This document shows, piece after piece, positions 1-8,216 of a stretch of 39,867 bases of DNA. The first letter of the stretch is position 1; every line of letters starts with the position of its first letter. The notes under the pieces are model-generated. The model saw only the letters and a list, made by a program, of their open reading frames with translations, searched no databases and was not told where the DNA came from. Made by a program: the position numbers and the translations under genes. The DNA comes from a virus (taxonomy: Duplodnaviria; Caudoviricetes), in the IMG/VR virus record IMGVR_UViG_3300022909_000052, positions 1 to 39,867 of that record; one strand, written 5' to 3'.

Positions 1-250
1 ACAAAGTACTAGGCAAGGATCACTGTTGGAAATGTTTCAAGAATTGGAGACACGGATATGGCAAATAGACTAGAAGTATATGACGAAGATGGCAAGCTTA
101 TCGTCTGGTATATGGACAATAATCAAAGGACTATTGACAATTATATGTCAGGTCTAAAGGCTGTCAATAATAAACTAAAGTTCAAGGTCGTAGAAAATGT
201 GGGGTAATACCATAGAACAGTTCTTGTTTATCATGTTTCAGTATGATAAG
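1..250 (+). repeat. 250-bp terminal direct repeat, copy 1 (likely assembly overlap)
   Basis: Matches 39618-39867 except T/C at 123/39740 and 168/39785; cuts through ORFs. Confidence 0.95.
58..207 (+). CDS. Small early protein, 49 aa (MANRLEVYDEDG...), duplicated at 39675-39824
   Basis: GGAGA SD at 46-50; both differences between the copies are synonymous AAT/AAC. Confidence 0.75.
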   Translation: MANRLEVYDEDGKLIVWYMDNNQRTIDNYMSGLKAVNNKLKFKVVENVG

Positions 251-334
251 AGAGAACCTGTAGACCAACACAAACAACAACAAGACTTTGTCGTCTGGAA
301 ACCTGAATATAAAAATGAGGAGCCACCATTCTAA
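197..334 (+). CDS. Small protein, 45 aa, ending WKPEYKNEEPPF
   Basis: Translated by hand; overlaps the upstream gene and is TAATG-coupled to the next ORF. Confidence 0.65.
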   Translation: MWGNTIEQFLFIMFQYDKREPVDQHKQQQDFVVWKPEYKNEEPPF

Positions 335-510
335 TGCAGCTACCATACTTTACATACTGGTATAAACATGATCATGATACAATCATACAAGACTATGAAC
401 ATGATCCTGACATCTATGACAGTGATGACTATACTGTTAGTAGTATATACCCTGCGCAGGACGCAGCCCTATTATACGAAGAAAATCTAACTTGTCAAGA
501 GGAAAAATAA
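334..510 (+). CDS. Small acidic protein, 58 aa (MQLPYFTYWYKHDHD...)
   Basis: GAGGAG SD at 317-322, TAATG coupling, fills the gap before the next gene. Confidence 0.55.
   Translation: MQLPYFTYWYKHDHDTIIQDYEHDPDIYDSDDYTVSSIYPAQDAALLYEENLTCQEEK
471..498 (-). promoter_or_regulatory. Antisense sigma70-type promoter TTGACA-N16-TATAAT
   Basis: Both hexamers are perfect on the minus strand (tgtcaa 493-498, attata 471-476). Confidence 0.7.
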
Positions 511-512
511 AA

Positions 513-695
513 ATGTTGTCAGATGATTTATTAATCGCACGGCAATGCCCAGAATGTGGGGGCCGAGGTGAAATAGAGGTTGACATTTACCGTTGCCAAG
601 GTTTTACTAGGGACATCGGTTATATCGACACCGAGTGGCAGACATGTGATGTCTGTGATGGTGATGGAGAAATAGAATATGATGACGAGGAATAG
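513..695 (+). CDS. Small DnaJ-like zinc-finger protein
   Basis: CPECGGRG and CDVCDGDG motifs; GAGGA SD favours ATG 513 over 492. Confidence 0.8.
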   Translation: MLSDDLLIARQCPECGGRGEIEVDIYRCQGFTRDIGYIDTEWQTCDVCDGDGEIEYDDEE

Positions 696-2259
696 CGACA
701 GTACATTTGTCAAGCACGAACCCTGCCCTGAGTGTGGGTCAAGTGATGCACTGGCACGGTACACAGACGGTCACGGCTATTGCTTTAGCTGTGAGTATTG
801 GGAACGAGGGGACGACGAGGACATGGCAATACAATCATTTAAAAACTTAGAGGTTGTCCCACTAGAAAAGATGACAGCTATCTATCGTGGTACCCGTGGC
901 ATCACAGCTGACACCATGAAATTCTATAACTGCTACACGTACCTTGACAGTAAGGGTGAAGAACAGTATCAGGACTACGTGTATCCATCAGGTGGTATCA
1001 AGTCACGCCTATTCCCTAAAGACTTCCGCGCAAAGGATGGCTTTAAGTCAGACGAATTGTTCGGCATGAACCTATGGAACGCAGGGACATCTAAGACTGT
1101 GACCATCACAGAGGGTGAGCTAGATGCAATGTCTGTCTACCAGATGATGCACAACCCGAAGTATCAAAACCCTGTGGTGTCACTGCCATCAGCTAAACCC
1201 TCACGCAAGCTATGGGAAAACGTACACGATTGGCTGTCATCCTTTGACAAGATCGTTCTGTCAATAGACAACGACGAGGCAGGTAATGCTGTCGCCCACA
1301 AGATCGCCAAGATGTACCCGAACAAAGTCTATCGTGTACCACACGACAAGTATAAGGATGCTAACGAGTTCCTACAGGCAGGTGCAACCCAAGAGTTCAG
1401 GGCTGCATGGTTCAACGCTAGAAAGTACACACCTGAGAACGTATTGAATACACCTGACCAGTTCCTTGGCCTATATAGCAATGCAGATGATCACGTCTAT
1501 GTAGAGACAGGCTTGGCTGAGTTCGACGAGATGTGTCTTGGCCTAATGCAGGGACACTTCACCCTGTTCAAGGCACAGACGGGCATAGGTAAGACAGAGT
1601 TCATGCGGTACCTAGAGTATCGTATCCTATCACACTACCCAGAGATCAAGATTGCTATCTGGCACATGGAAGAAACAAAGCTACGTTCCCTCTTAGGCTT
1701 GGTGTCATACCACCTTAACGACAACCTGACACGTAAGGACCTGATAGGAGAAAAAGGTATGGATGCTTTAGTCCAAGAGGCTATCAAGGATCTGACTAAA
1801 GACGAGAGGCTATACCAGTTCTATCTCAACGACGAGGATGACCCCCTTGACTTGTTGTCACAGATAAGGTATCTATCTCAGGCCTGTGGTGTACAGTATG
1901 TGTTCTTCGAGCCGATACAGGACATCAGTGCAGGTGTAGCGGCAGAGGAAAGCAAGGAACAATTCCTAGCTGACCTGTCAGTCCGTCTGTCTAAGTTGGC
2001 AGCTGAGTTAGGTGTAGGTATCGTGACCATCGGACACACTAACGATGACGGTGCTGTCAAGTACTGCCGCATGATCGAACAACGAGCATCAGTTGTCGTT
2101 GACTTGAAACGAGACAAGATGGCTGAGGATATAGATGAAAGGAACACAACTAAACTGTTGGTTACAAAGAACAGACCCGTAGGACCGACAGGATATGCTG
2201 GTCAGCTACGGTTCAACCCATCAACCTTTACCCTTAGCGAGAAACCAGATGACTTTTGA
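679..2259 (+). CDS. T7 gp4-like DNA primase/helicase
   Basis: N-terminal CPEC...CFSC zinc finger, TOPRIM ITEGELD / DND / KDANE, Walker A AQTGIGKT, KNR motif. Confidence 0.95.
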   Translation: MMTRNSDSTFVKHEPCPECGSSDALARYTDGHGYCFSCEYWERGDDEDMAIQSFKNLEVVPLEKMTAIYRGTRGITADTMKFYNCYTYLDSKGEEQYQDYVYPSGGIKSRLFPKDFRAKDGFKSDELFGMNLWNAGTSKTVTITEGELDAMSVYQMMHNPKYQNPVVSLPSAKPSRKLWENVHDWLSSFDKIVLSIDNDEAGNAVAHKIAKMYPNKVYRVPHDKYKDANEFLQAGATQEFRAAWFNARKYTPENVLNTPDQFLGLYSNADDHVYVETGLAEFDEMCLGLMQGHFTLFKAQTGIGKTEFMRYLEYRILSHYPEIKIAIWHMEETKLRSLLGLVSYHLNDNLTRKDLIGEKGMDALVQEAIKDLTKDERLYQFYLNDEDDPLDLLSQIRYLSQACGVQYVFFEPIQDISAGVAAEESKEQFLADLSVRLSKLAAELGVGIVTIGHTNDDGAVKYCRMIEQRASVVVDLKRDKMAEDIDERNTTKLLVTKNRPVGPTGYAGQLRFNPSTFTLSEKPDDF

Positions 2260-2467
2260 TTACATGGCAACACTTGCAGGTATCTTGTACTGTCTAGGTA
2301 TATACCTGCACTTCATCCACGTACACACAGTGTTCTATCTACTAGAGAAAGAAGAGGATATGAACAGAAACAGGACACTATTACATAGTATTGTGTGGCC
2401 TTGGACAGTTGTCCAGTTTATCTGGTTCGATATATTCGGAGATGAAAATGACCTTGAAGACAGATAA
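2249..2467 (+). CDS. Small membrane protein
   Basis: Two hydrophobic segments; ATG 2249 overlaps the helicase end. Confidence 0.65.
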   Translation: MTFDYMATLAGILYCLGIYLHFIHVHTVFYLLEKEEDMNRNRTLLHSIVWPWTVVQFIWFDIFGDENDLEDR

Positions 2468-3362
2468 GATCGTAGCAATGGACATAGAAACTGATAGCTT
2501 AGATGCTACGTTTATATGGGTCATATGCGCAGAGGATGTGGAGACAGGTGAACGTGAACGTTTCCTTAACACCACAACAATACCAGAAGAGAGGGAAAGA
2601 TTTATTGCTTACTGTAGTGGAGTTGATAAGTTTGTGTTTCACAATGGGATTGGCTTCGATGTTCCTGTGATCAACCGTTTACTTGGAAACATCATTGATC
2701 AACAGTCTGTCATTGACACATTGATTGTGTCTAGGTTGGTAGACTATACACTAGATGGTAAAGGCCACAGTCTAAAGGCATGGGGTAAACGCCTTGGTGA
2801 TTTCAAGATCGGGTTCAATGACTTTAGTAAACTGTCAGATGAAATGATAGAGTACTGCGAACAGGACGTTGCTGTTACTGTCAAGTTATATAGACACTTT
2901 AAGAAAGTCATACAAGATCCTGAATGGCAAGAGTCTTTACGCTGTGAGCATGACATCCAAATCCTATGCGAACAGATGACAGCGAACGGATTCTATTTCG
3001 AAGAGGACAAAGCAGAGGAATTATTAGGTGAGATATGTGAAAGAATGGAAGCTCTTGAAGCAAGTTTTCAAGAAGACTTCCCACCCAAACTTACAGAAGT
3101 CAATCGTATCCAGTACCGAAGGAAAGCAGATGGTAGTTTATTCTCTTCTGTCATCAAGGCAAGAGAGAAATATTATTCAACGTCTCTAGATAAATCTGTT
3201 GAACCTAACGAGCTTGTATGTTATGACTACATACCATTCAATCCAGCCTCACCTAAGCAGCGCATAGATAGACTATGGGAAGCAGGTTGGGAGCCATTCG
3301 AAAAGACAAAAGGACACATCGACTATGAGCGAGAATCAATTAAAACTTTTCGAAGAACTTGA
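2448..3362 (+). CDS. polA: DNA polymerase family A, N-terminal part (3'-5' exonuclease and start of thumb)
   Basis: ExoI DIETD, ExoII HNGIGFD, ExoIII YCEQDV, FNPAS motif; GGAG SD favours ATG 2448. Confidence 0.9.
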   Translation: MTLKTDKIVAMDIETDSLDATFIWVICAEDVETGERERFLNTTTIPEERERFIAYCSGVDKFVFHNGIGFDVPVINRLLGNIIDQQSVIDTLIVSRLVDYTLDGKGHSLKAWGKRLGDFKIGFNDFSKLSDEMIEYCEQDVAVTVKLYRHFKKVIQDPEWQESLRCEHDIQILCEQMTANGFYFEEDKAEELLGEICERMEALEASFQEDFPPKLTEVNRIQYRRKADGSLFSSVIKAREKYYSTSLDKSVEPNELVCYDYIPFNPASPKQRIDRLWEAGWEPFEKTKGHIDYERESIKTFRRT

Positions 3363-3723
3363 AGATATACCAGAAGGCGACACTCAGGTTTGTAAGATAT
3401 GTCAAAAAGAAAAACACGTAAGTCTTTTCTATAAACATATTCATTACAAAACAGGGTTAGACAGTAGGTGTAAGGCTTGTAAAAAGAAAACAACCGATGT
3501 TACAGAAGACTTAAAGAAAAGGTTTGCGCACCTAAGGACAGAGTTGTGTGATTGCTGTGGTGAAGTATCAGACAAAACTTTAGTTGTTGACCATTGCCAC
3601 GACACCCTAAAGTTTAGGGGTTGGATTTGTCAAGAGTGTAATCACGGTATTGGTAAGTTAGGAGACAATCTTACTGGTGTTTTAAATGCGGTAAGATACT
3701 TAGAGAGGTTCGAAAATGGATGA
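3325..3723 (+). CDS. Endonuclease VII-type (His-Me finger) putative homing endonuclease inside polA
   Basis: CxxC pairs, LVVDHCHDT..FRGWICQECNHGIG..GD motif; overlaps both polA halves. Confidence 0.9.
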   Translation: MSENQLKLFEELEDIPEGDTQVCKICQKEKHVSLFYKHIHYKTGLDSRCKACKKKTTDVTEDLKKRFAHLRTELCDCCGEVSDKTLVVDHCHDTLKFRGWICQECNHGIGKLGDNLTGVLNAVRYLERFENG

Positions 3724-4732
3724 AAGAAAACAAAAGTTTGATACCTATGGATGGACACTATCCGAGGCAAACCTTAGCACACTGCCTGAGACAGCCCCTA
3801 CAGGCGGTAAACGTCTGGCCGAGTGGTTGACCCTTGAAGGACGACGTTCCTCACTGGTGGAGTGGCTAGGCCACGTTAAGGAAGACAAGCGTATTCATGG
3901 TAGCTTTAGTCACATCGGTGCATGGACAGGTCGCATGGCCCACCGCAATCCTAACCAAGCTAACATTCCGTCTGAGTTTCATGGTGAACCTAAGACAGAA
4001 GTAGAGAAGGTGAAGGCCAAGTATGACGGTCAGTTCCGTGCACTATGGTCTGCCCCTTTAGGTTCATGGTTAGTAGGTACAGATGCTGAGGGTATCCAGC
4101 TACGTGTACTTGCACATCTCATGCGTTCAGAAGAGTACGTTCATGCTATTGTGTCAGGTAAGAAAGAGGACGAGACAGACATCCATAACCTGAACCGTAA
4201 GGCTTTAGGTATGTCACACATCACACGTGACATGGCTAAGACATTCATCTATGCCTTCCTACTAGGTGCAGGTAATGCTAAGATTGCACAGATACTAAAG
4301 GTCAACCAACGAGAAGCAGGTCAGGCCGTAGAGAACTTCATGGAATCTATTGAGGGTTTATCTAAACTAAAGAAGCAACGCATACCGGAGATTGCCAAAC
4401 GTGGTTGTTTCAAAGGTCTGGATGGACGACGTGTTAAAGTACCAAGTCAACACAAGACATTGGCTGGTATGCTACAGAATGGTGAGGCAGTCATCATGAA
4501 ACATGCAGCACTTCAATGGACTTATCGTGCTAAACGTCAGTGGATTGACTACAAGCTAGTGACATGGCCGCATGACGAATGGCAAACAGAAGTTACTGGC
4601 AGTAAACGTGACGCAGAATTACTAGGTGAGATCCAGCGTGAGTCTATCGTTGACACAGGTAAGAAGTTTGATATGATCTGCCCACTAGCTGGATCAACTG
4701 ACATCGGCAAGAACTGGAGAGACACACACTAA
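3716..4732 (+). CDS. polA: DNA polymerase family A, C-terminal polymerase part
   Basis: TGRM..PNQANIP, motif A DAEGIQLR, motif B RDMAKTFIYAFLLG, motif C HDE; own SD GAGAGG at 3703-3708. Confidence 0.93.
   Translation: MDERKQKFDTYGWTLSEANLSTLPETAPTGGKRLAEWLTLEGRRSSLVEWLGHVKEDKRIHGSFSHIGAWTGRMAHRNPNQANIPSEFHGEPKTEVEKVKAKYDGQFRALWSAPLGSWLVGTDAEGIQLRVLAHLMRSEEYVHAIVSGKKEDETDIHNLNRKALGMSHITRDMAKTFIYAFLLGAGNAKIAQILKVNQREAGQAVENFMESIEGLSKLKKQRIPEIAKRGCFKGLDGRRVKVPSQHKTLAGMLQNGEAVIMKHAALQWTYRAKRQWIDYKLVTWPHDEWQTEVTGSKRDAELLGEIQRESIVDTGKKFDMICPLAGSTDIGKNWRDTH
4650..4677 (+). promoter_or_regulatory. sigma70-type promoter within the 3' end of polA
   Basis: TTGACA-N16-TATGAT with an extended -10 TG. 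Confidence 0.55.
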
Positions 4733-4775
4733 TGATGATGGTCATAACTATTTGTGTTCTTTTGTATCTTTACTC

Positions 4776-4804
4776 TTGACAAACCAAGAAATAAAGTATA
4801 TGTA
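4776..4804 (+). promoter_or_regulatory. Probable promoter upstream of ssb
   Basis: TTGACA-N17-TATGTA in an AT-rich intergenic gap. Confidence 0.5.
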
Positions 4805-4836
4805 AGTAAAACATCAGTCAATAAAGGAGAATAAAA

Positions 4837-5322
4837 TTGGCTAAGAAACAAACTAAGTTCGGTACATTTGAAGGTGAACTATATTACGCACGTCTACACG
4901 AAGGTAATATGGACGACAGCGAGTACCATGAGAAGACACAAGGTCAGTTCAACACTATCTTTATCCCAAAAGATAACGAAGAACTACAGCGTATGGTTGA
5001 TCTAGGTTATCCAGAAGTATCTATGGGTAACAAGATGATCAAAGAATATAGCTATGCTGATAACCGACTAGGTGTTAAACTAAAGCGTCCCAACGTACAC
5101 CCATCTGGTATCGAAGACTTTGGTGGTGCACCTAAAGTTACGCAAGGTAAGAGCAACATGCCGTGGGATTTTATTGCAGAGGGAGAACTTGGTAACGGAA
5201 CCAAGGCTGCAGTAAAAATATCTATCTATGGGGAAGGATCAACTGCATCCGTTCGCTTAGAAAAGGTAGGCATCATTGAGCATGTACCCTACGAAGAGCG
5301 TTCACTAGAAGACGCTTGGTAA
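4837..5322 (+). CDS. Probable ssDNA-binding protein (T7 gp2.5-like)
   Basis: Strong AAAGGAG SD with TTG start; size, ELGNGT..V motif and position in the replication module. Confidence 0.7.
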   Translation: MAKKQTKFGTFEGELYYARLHEGNMDDSEYHEKTQGQFNTIFIPKDNEELQRMVDLGYPEVSMGNKMIKEYSYADNRLGVKLKRPNVHPSGIEDFGGAPKVTQGKSNMPWDFIAEGELGNGTKAAVKISIYGEGSTASVRLEKVGIIEHVPYEERSLEDAW

Positions 5323-5329
5323 GACAACA

Positions 5330-5356
5330 GGCAGGGCTGTAATGGCCCTGTCCTTT
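5330..5356 (+). terminator. GC-rich hairpin after ssb (weak terminator or stabiliser)
   Basis: GGCAGGGCTG-TAA-TGGCCCTGTC followed by only a short T run. Confidence 0.55.
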
Positions 5357-5370
5357 AATGGGGTAGTATA

Positions 5371-6051
5371 ATGATTACAGCAACTTACATTGACCACATG
5401 GGCAGTGACCTGTCTGTAGTAAACGCAGCACGTGTTAGCTTTGGTAAGAAAAGTGAATACATTTACTCTGGGGTTGATACTAATGGCCCACTAGAGAAAG
5501 CATTACATCAACGTGACGTGAAGCTGATCCGCTATCTAGCCCAACACAAGCACATTAGCCCATTCGGTCATGCCTTTGCATCGTTCCACGTTAAAGCACC
5601 AGTGTTCGTGGCACGTCAGTTAGTCAAGCACAAGTTTCTACGGTGGAATGAAATCAGTCGTCGTTACGTTGATGATGAACCTGAGTTCTATATGCCAACT
5701 GAGTGGCGTGGTAAGAGTGAAGACAAGAAACAAGGCAGCAATGGTGTTGTTAATATAACAGGACATAGTATGAGAGCTTTGTCTAAGACAAACACTTGGG
5801 CCTTTGCCACATACAACTATCTACTAGGTGAAGGAGTAGCACCAGAGCAAGCACGTATGGTACTGCCTCAGTCTATGATGACCGAGTGGTACTGGTCAGG
5901 TTCTCTAGATGCCTTTGCTTCCATGTGTCACCTACGTTGCAAAGAGGACACACAATACGAGTCACGTCTGGTAGCCGATCAGATCAGCTCAGAGATGTCT
6001 AAACTATTCCCTGTGTCTTGGGAAGCACTGATGGAGAAGAATGATGAATAA
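5371..6051 (+). CDS. thyX: Flavin-dependent thymidylate synthase
   Basis: VNAARVSF, H.SPF, ARQLVKH, NEISRRY, EQARMVLP motifs. Confidence 0.95.
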   Translation: MITATYIDHMGSDLSVVNAARVSFGKKSEYIYSGVDTNGPLEKALHQRDVKLIRYLAQHKHISPFGHAFASFHVKAPVFVARQLVKHKFLRWNEISRRYVDDEPEFYMPTEWRGKSEDKKQGSNGVVNITGHSMRALSKTNTWAFATYNYLLGEGVAPEQARMVLPQSMMTEWYWSGSLDAFASMCHLRCKEDTQYESRLVADQISSEMSKLFPVSWEALMEKNDE

Positions 6052-6262
6052 AGATGTAGGTATGATTGGTGTCGAAACCATAGAGGAACATGAAGATGGT
6101 AGTGCCACCTATCAGTTTCACATGGATGCACATGCCCGTGGACTGTTAGCAGAGGAAGGCTTAACGTTAGCCCTATACTGCGCCGCAGCCAAGCTAGACA
6201 TGGGCTTGGTGTATGACTTCATCGAAGATCATGTGAGGTACGAGAATGACGAAGCTACCTGA
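6041..6262 (+). CDS. Hypothetical protein
   Basis: GGAG SD, coupled to neighbours. Confidence 0.7.
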   Translation: MMNKDVGMIGVETIEEHEDGSATYQFHMDAHARGLLAEEGLTLALYCAAAKLDMGLVYDFIEDHVRYENDEAT

Positions 6263-6434
6263 TGGACGTAAGCCACTACCTGACGAGTGGTTTATTGACA
6301 GAGCTAAGAAAGTACAACCCGACAACGAATGGCCCCAAGCTGATGACTTTACAGACATCAGACCAATGACAAAAGAGGAACGTCAACGTGCCAAAGAAAA
6401 AACAAAAGCAAACAGCACCAAAGATCCTGATTGA
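6246..6434 (+). CDS. Hypothetical protein
   Basis: GAGG SD, overlapping neighbours in the operon. Confidence 0.55.
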   Translation: MTKLPDGRKPLPDEWFIDRAKKVQPDNEWPQADDFTDIRPMTKEERQRAKEKTKANSTKDPD

Positions 6435-7122
6435 TGGGGACATCTTCGCCTATCGTGCATCCTTTTCTTGTGAGGATGAAAGCCTTGAGGATGCTATTGA
6501 TAAAGTAGATGACTTACTTACTCAGGCAATAGAGGATATTCTTTGGGAACCAAGTGAGTCTGACTACAAAGTTTTCCTTACTGGAAAAGGAAACTATCGT
6601 TATGACTATGCAGTTAGCCACCCATATAAAGGTAACCGAAAAGACGTAGAGAAACCTAAACACTTAGCTGGTATTAGAAAACACCTAGTTAAGAATTGGA
6701 AGGCTGTTGTATCTAATGGTGAAGAGGCTGATGACCTAATTGGTATTGAAGCAACAAAGAACCTCGATGATACAATCATTGTGTCTGTAGATAAAGATAT
6801 GTTACAGATTCCTTGTGGTCACTACAATCCAACTAAGGGAAAGTTCACTAAAGTTTCTGAGTTTGAAGGGTTAAAGTTTTTCTATACTCAGATTCTTACT
6901 GGTGACAGAGCAGATAATATCGTAGGACTATACGGTGTTGGACCAGCTAAAGCTAAGAAGATGCTAGATGACTGTGACAATGAGGCCTGTCTATACGAAG
7001 AGTGTTTACGTGCTTACGGTGGAGAAGAAGAACGTGTAGTAGAGAATGGGGTACTGCTATGGTTACGTCGTCATCCAAATCAAATATGGGAGCCGCCTAA
7101 GTGCGTTATAGATCAGGACTAG
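6388..7122 (+). CDS. 5'-3' exonuclease (T7 gp6-like)
   Basis: LIDGD, YKGNRK, EADD, DKDM.QIP, GDRADNI.G..GVG motifs. Confidence 0.93.
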   Translation: MPKKKQKQTAPKILIDGDIFAYRASFSCEDESLEDAIDKVDDLLTQAIEDILWEPSESDYKVFLTGKGNYRYDYAVSHPYKGNRKDVEKPKHLAGIRKHLVKNWKAVVSNGEEADDLIGIEATKNLDDTIIVSVDKDMLQIPCGHYNPTKGKFTKVSEFEGLKFFYTQILTGDRADNIVGLYGVGPAKAKKMLDDCDNEACLYEECLRAYGGEEERVVENGVLLWLRRHPNQIWEPPKCVIDQD

Positions 7123-7466
7123 AGAAGAGGACAGCTGCCTATCTACGAAAGCTTAAGGTTAAGTTTGAATACGAAACACTTAAGATCCAGTGGCAACCAG
7201 ATGTCAAGGTATACACCCCTGACTTCATACTACCAAACGGTATTATAATAGAAACTAAGGGACGATTCTTACCATCAGACAGAGCAAAACACTTGAAGGT
7301 AAAAGAGCAACACCCTGAGTATGACATACGTTTTGTCTTTAGTAACCCTAACGCCAAGATAAGTAAAGGTTCTAAGTCTACATACGCTGCTTGGTGTGAG
7401 CAACATGGTTTTAAATACGCTAGGGAAACTATTCCTATGTCATGGATTAAGGAGAAAAGGTCTTGA
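7101..7466 (+). CDS. Endonuclease I / Holliday junction resolvase (T7 gp3-like)
   Basis: YRSGLE, YTPDF, IIIETKG, DIRFVFS motifs. Confidence 0.95.
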   Translation: MRYRSGLEKRTAAYLRKLKVKFEYETLKIQWQPDVKVYTPDFILPNGIIIETKGRFLPSDRAKHLKVKEQHPEYDIRFVFSNPNAKISKGSKSTYAAWCEQHGFKYARETIPMSWIKEKRS

Positions 7467-7491
7467 CAATGTTTGATCTTGATAGTAAAAT
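7463..7491 (+). promoter_or_regulatory. sigma70-type promoter ahead of mazG-DUF1127-RNR
   Basis: TTGACA-N17-TAAAAT. Confidence 0.6.
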
Positions 7492-7654
7492 ACGAACCTT
7501 GGCTCAAGACTTTGACCTTGAATGGTTGCTTGAGGAGAATGATATATCCGTTGAGCACGTTATCAGATTACTGGTTGACGAAGGATTGCTTGACCCTAAA
7601 GAATACGTGGACACAACTAATGAAGAAGAAGAAATCGAAAGGTGGGAAGAATGA
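7463..7654 (+). CDS. Small acidic hypothetical protein
   Basis: AAGGAG SD; start may be TTG 7463 or ATG 7469. Confidence 0.75.
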   Translation: MTMFDLDSKIRTLAQDFDLEWLLEENDISVEHVIRLLVDEGLLDPKEYVDTTNEEEEIERWEE

Positions 7655-8022
7655 TTAATGAGTCTGACTTGAACGCTTGGGAATACTATAGCGAAATGTA
7701 TAAAGAAAAGATGGACTTGAATGAGTACCAAAAGATGGCAGCTAAAACAGCTATCTATAATTCAACAAAGGCTATACTCTACCCTGCCTTAGGCCTAGCT
7801 GCAGAGGCTGGTGAGGTGGCCAACAAAGTTAAGAAGATCCTACGTGATGACAACTTTGATCGTCAAGGTATTGCTGACGAGATTGGGGATGTCCTTTGGT
7901 ACGTAGCGGCTCTGTCTCGTGACTTAAACATTGACTTACACGACATTGCATTAGCTAACCTAGAGAAACTACATGGTCGTAAAGAACGTGGTACTTTAAA
8001 AGGATCAGGAGATAAGCGATGA
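7642..8022 (+). CDS. mazG: MazG-like nucleotide pyrophosphohydrolase
   Basis: LGLAAEAGEV..KVKK, DEIGDVLWY, N..KL..R motifs. Confidence 0.9.
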   Translation: MGRMINESDLNAWEYYSEMYKEKMDLNEYQKMAAKTAIYNSTKAILYPALGLAAEAGEVANKVKKILRDDNFDRQGIADEIGDVLWYVAALSRDLNIDLHDIALANLEKLHGRKERGTLKGSGDKR

Positions 8023-8216
8023 TTGTTGCAGCACCTAAATGGGTATGGCGGTTCCTTAAGTACATTCAAACTTGGAGAGCACACCGACGAGTAATAAAAG
8101 AATTAAACATGTTGTCAGACCTAGAGCTACGTGACATTGGTATTAACCGCTGTGACATTGACCGTTTGGTCTGGATGAAGGATGACTTAGAGAAGCGAGG
8201 ATCTAATGACAAATAA
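8019..8216 (+). CDS. DUF1127-family small protein
   Basis: W..RR...EL..LSD.EL.DIGI.R.DI signature. Confidence 0.88.
   Translation: MIVAAPKWVWRFLKYIQTWRAHRRVIKELNMLSDLELRDIGINRCDIDRLVWMKDDLEKRGSNDK

Noticed and set aside
135-150. TGACA-N6-TGTCA palindrome as an operator or promoter
   Set aside because: Single occurrence inside a coding region, with no properly spaced -10 element
3340-3720. T4 gene 60-style ribosomal bypass joining the polA halves
   Set aside because: The take-off codon ACT has no match among the in-frame codons before ATG 3716, no take-off hairpin is evident, and half 2 has its own SD; the recurring TTCGAA is too short to be meaningful
3325-3723. Group I intron or intein in polA
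   Set aside because: The insert is entirely coding and overlaps both flanks; it is not in frame with either polA half and has no intein terminal residues
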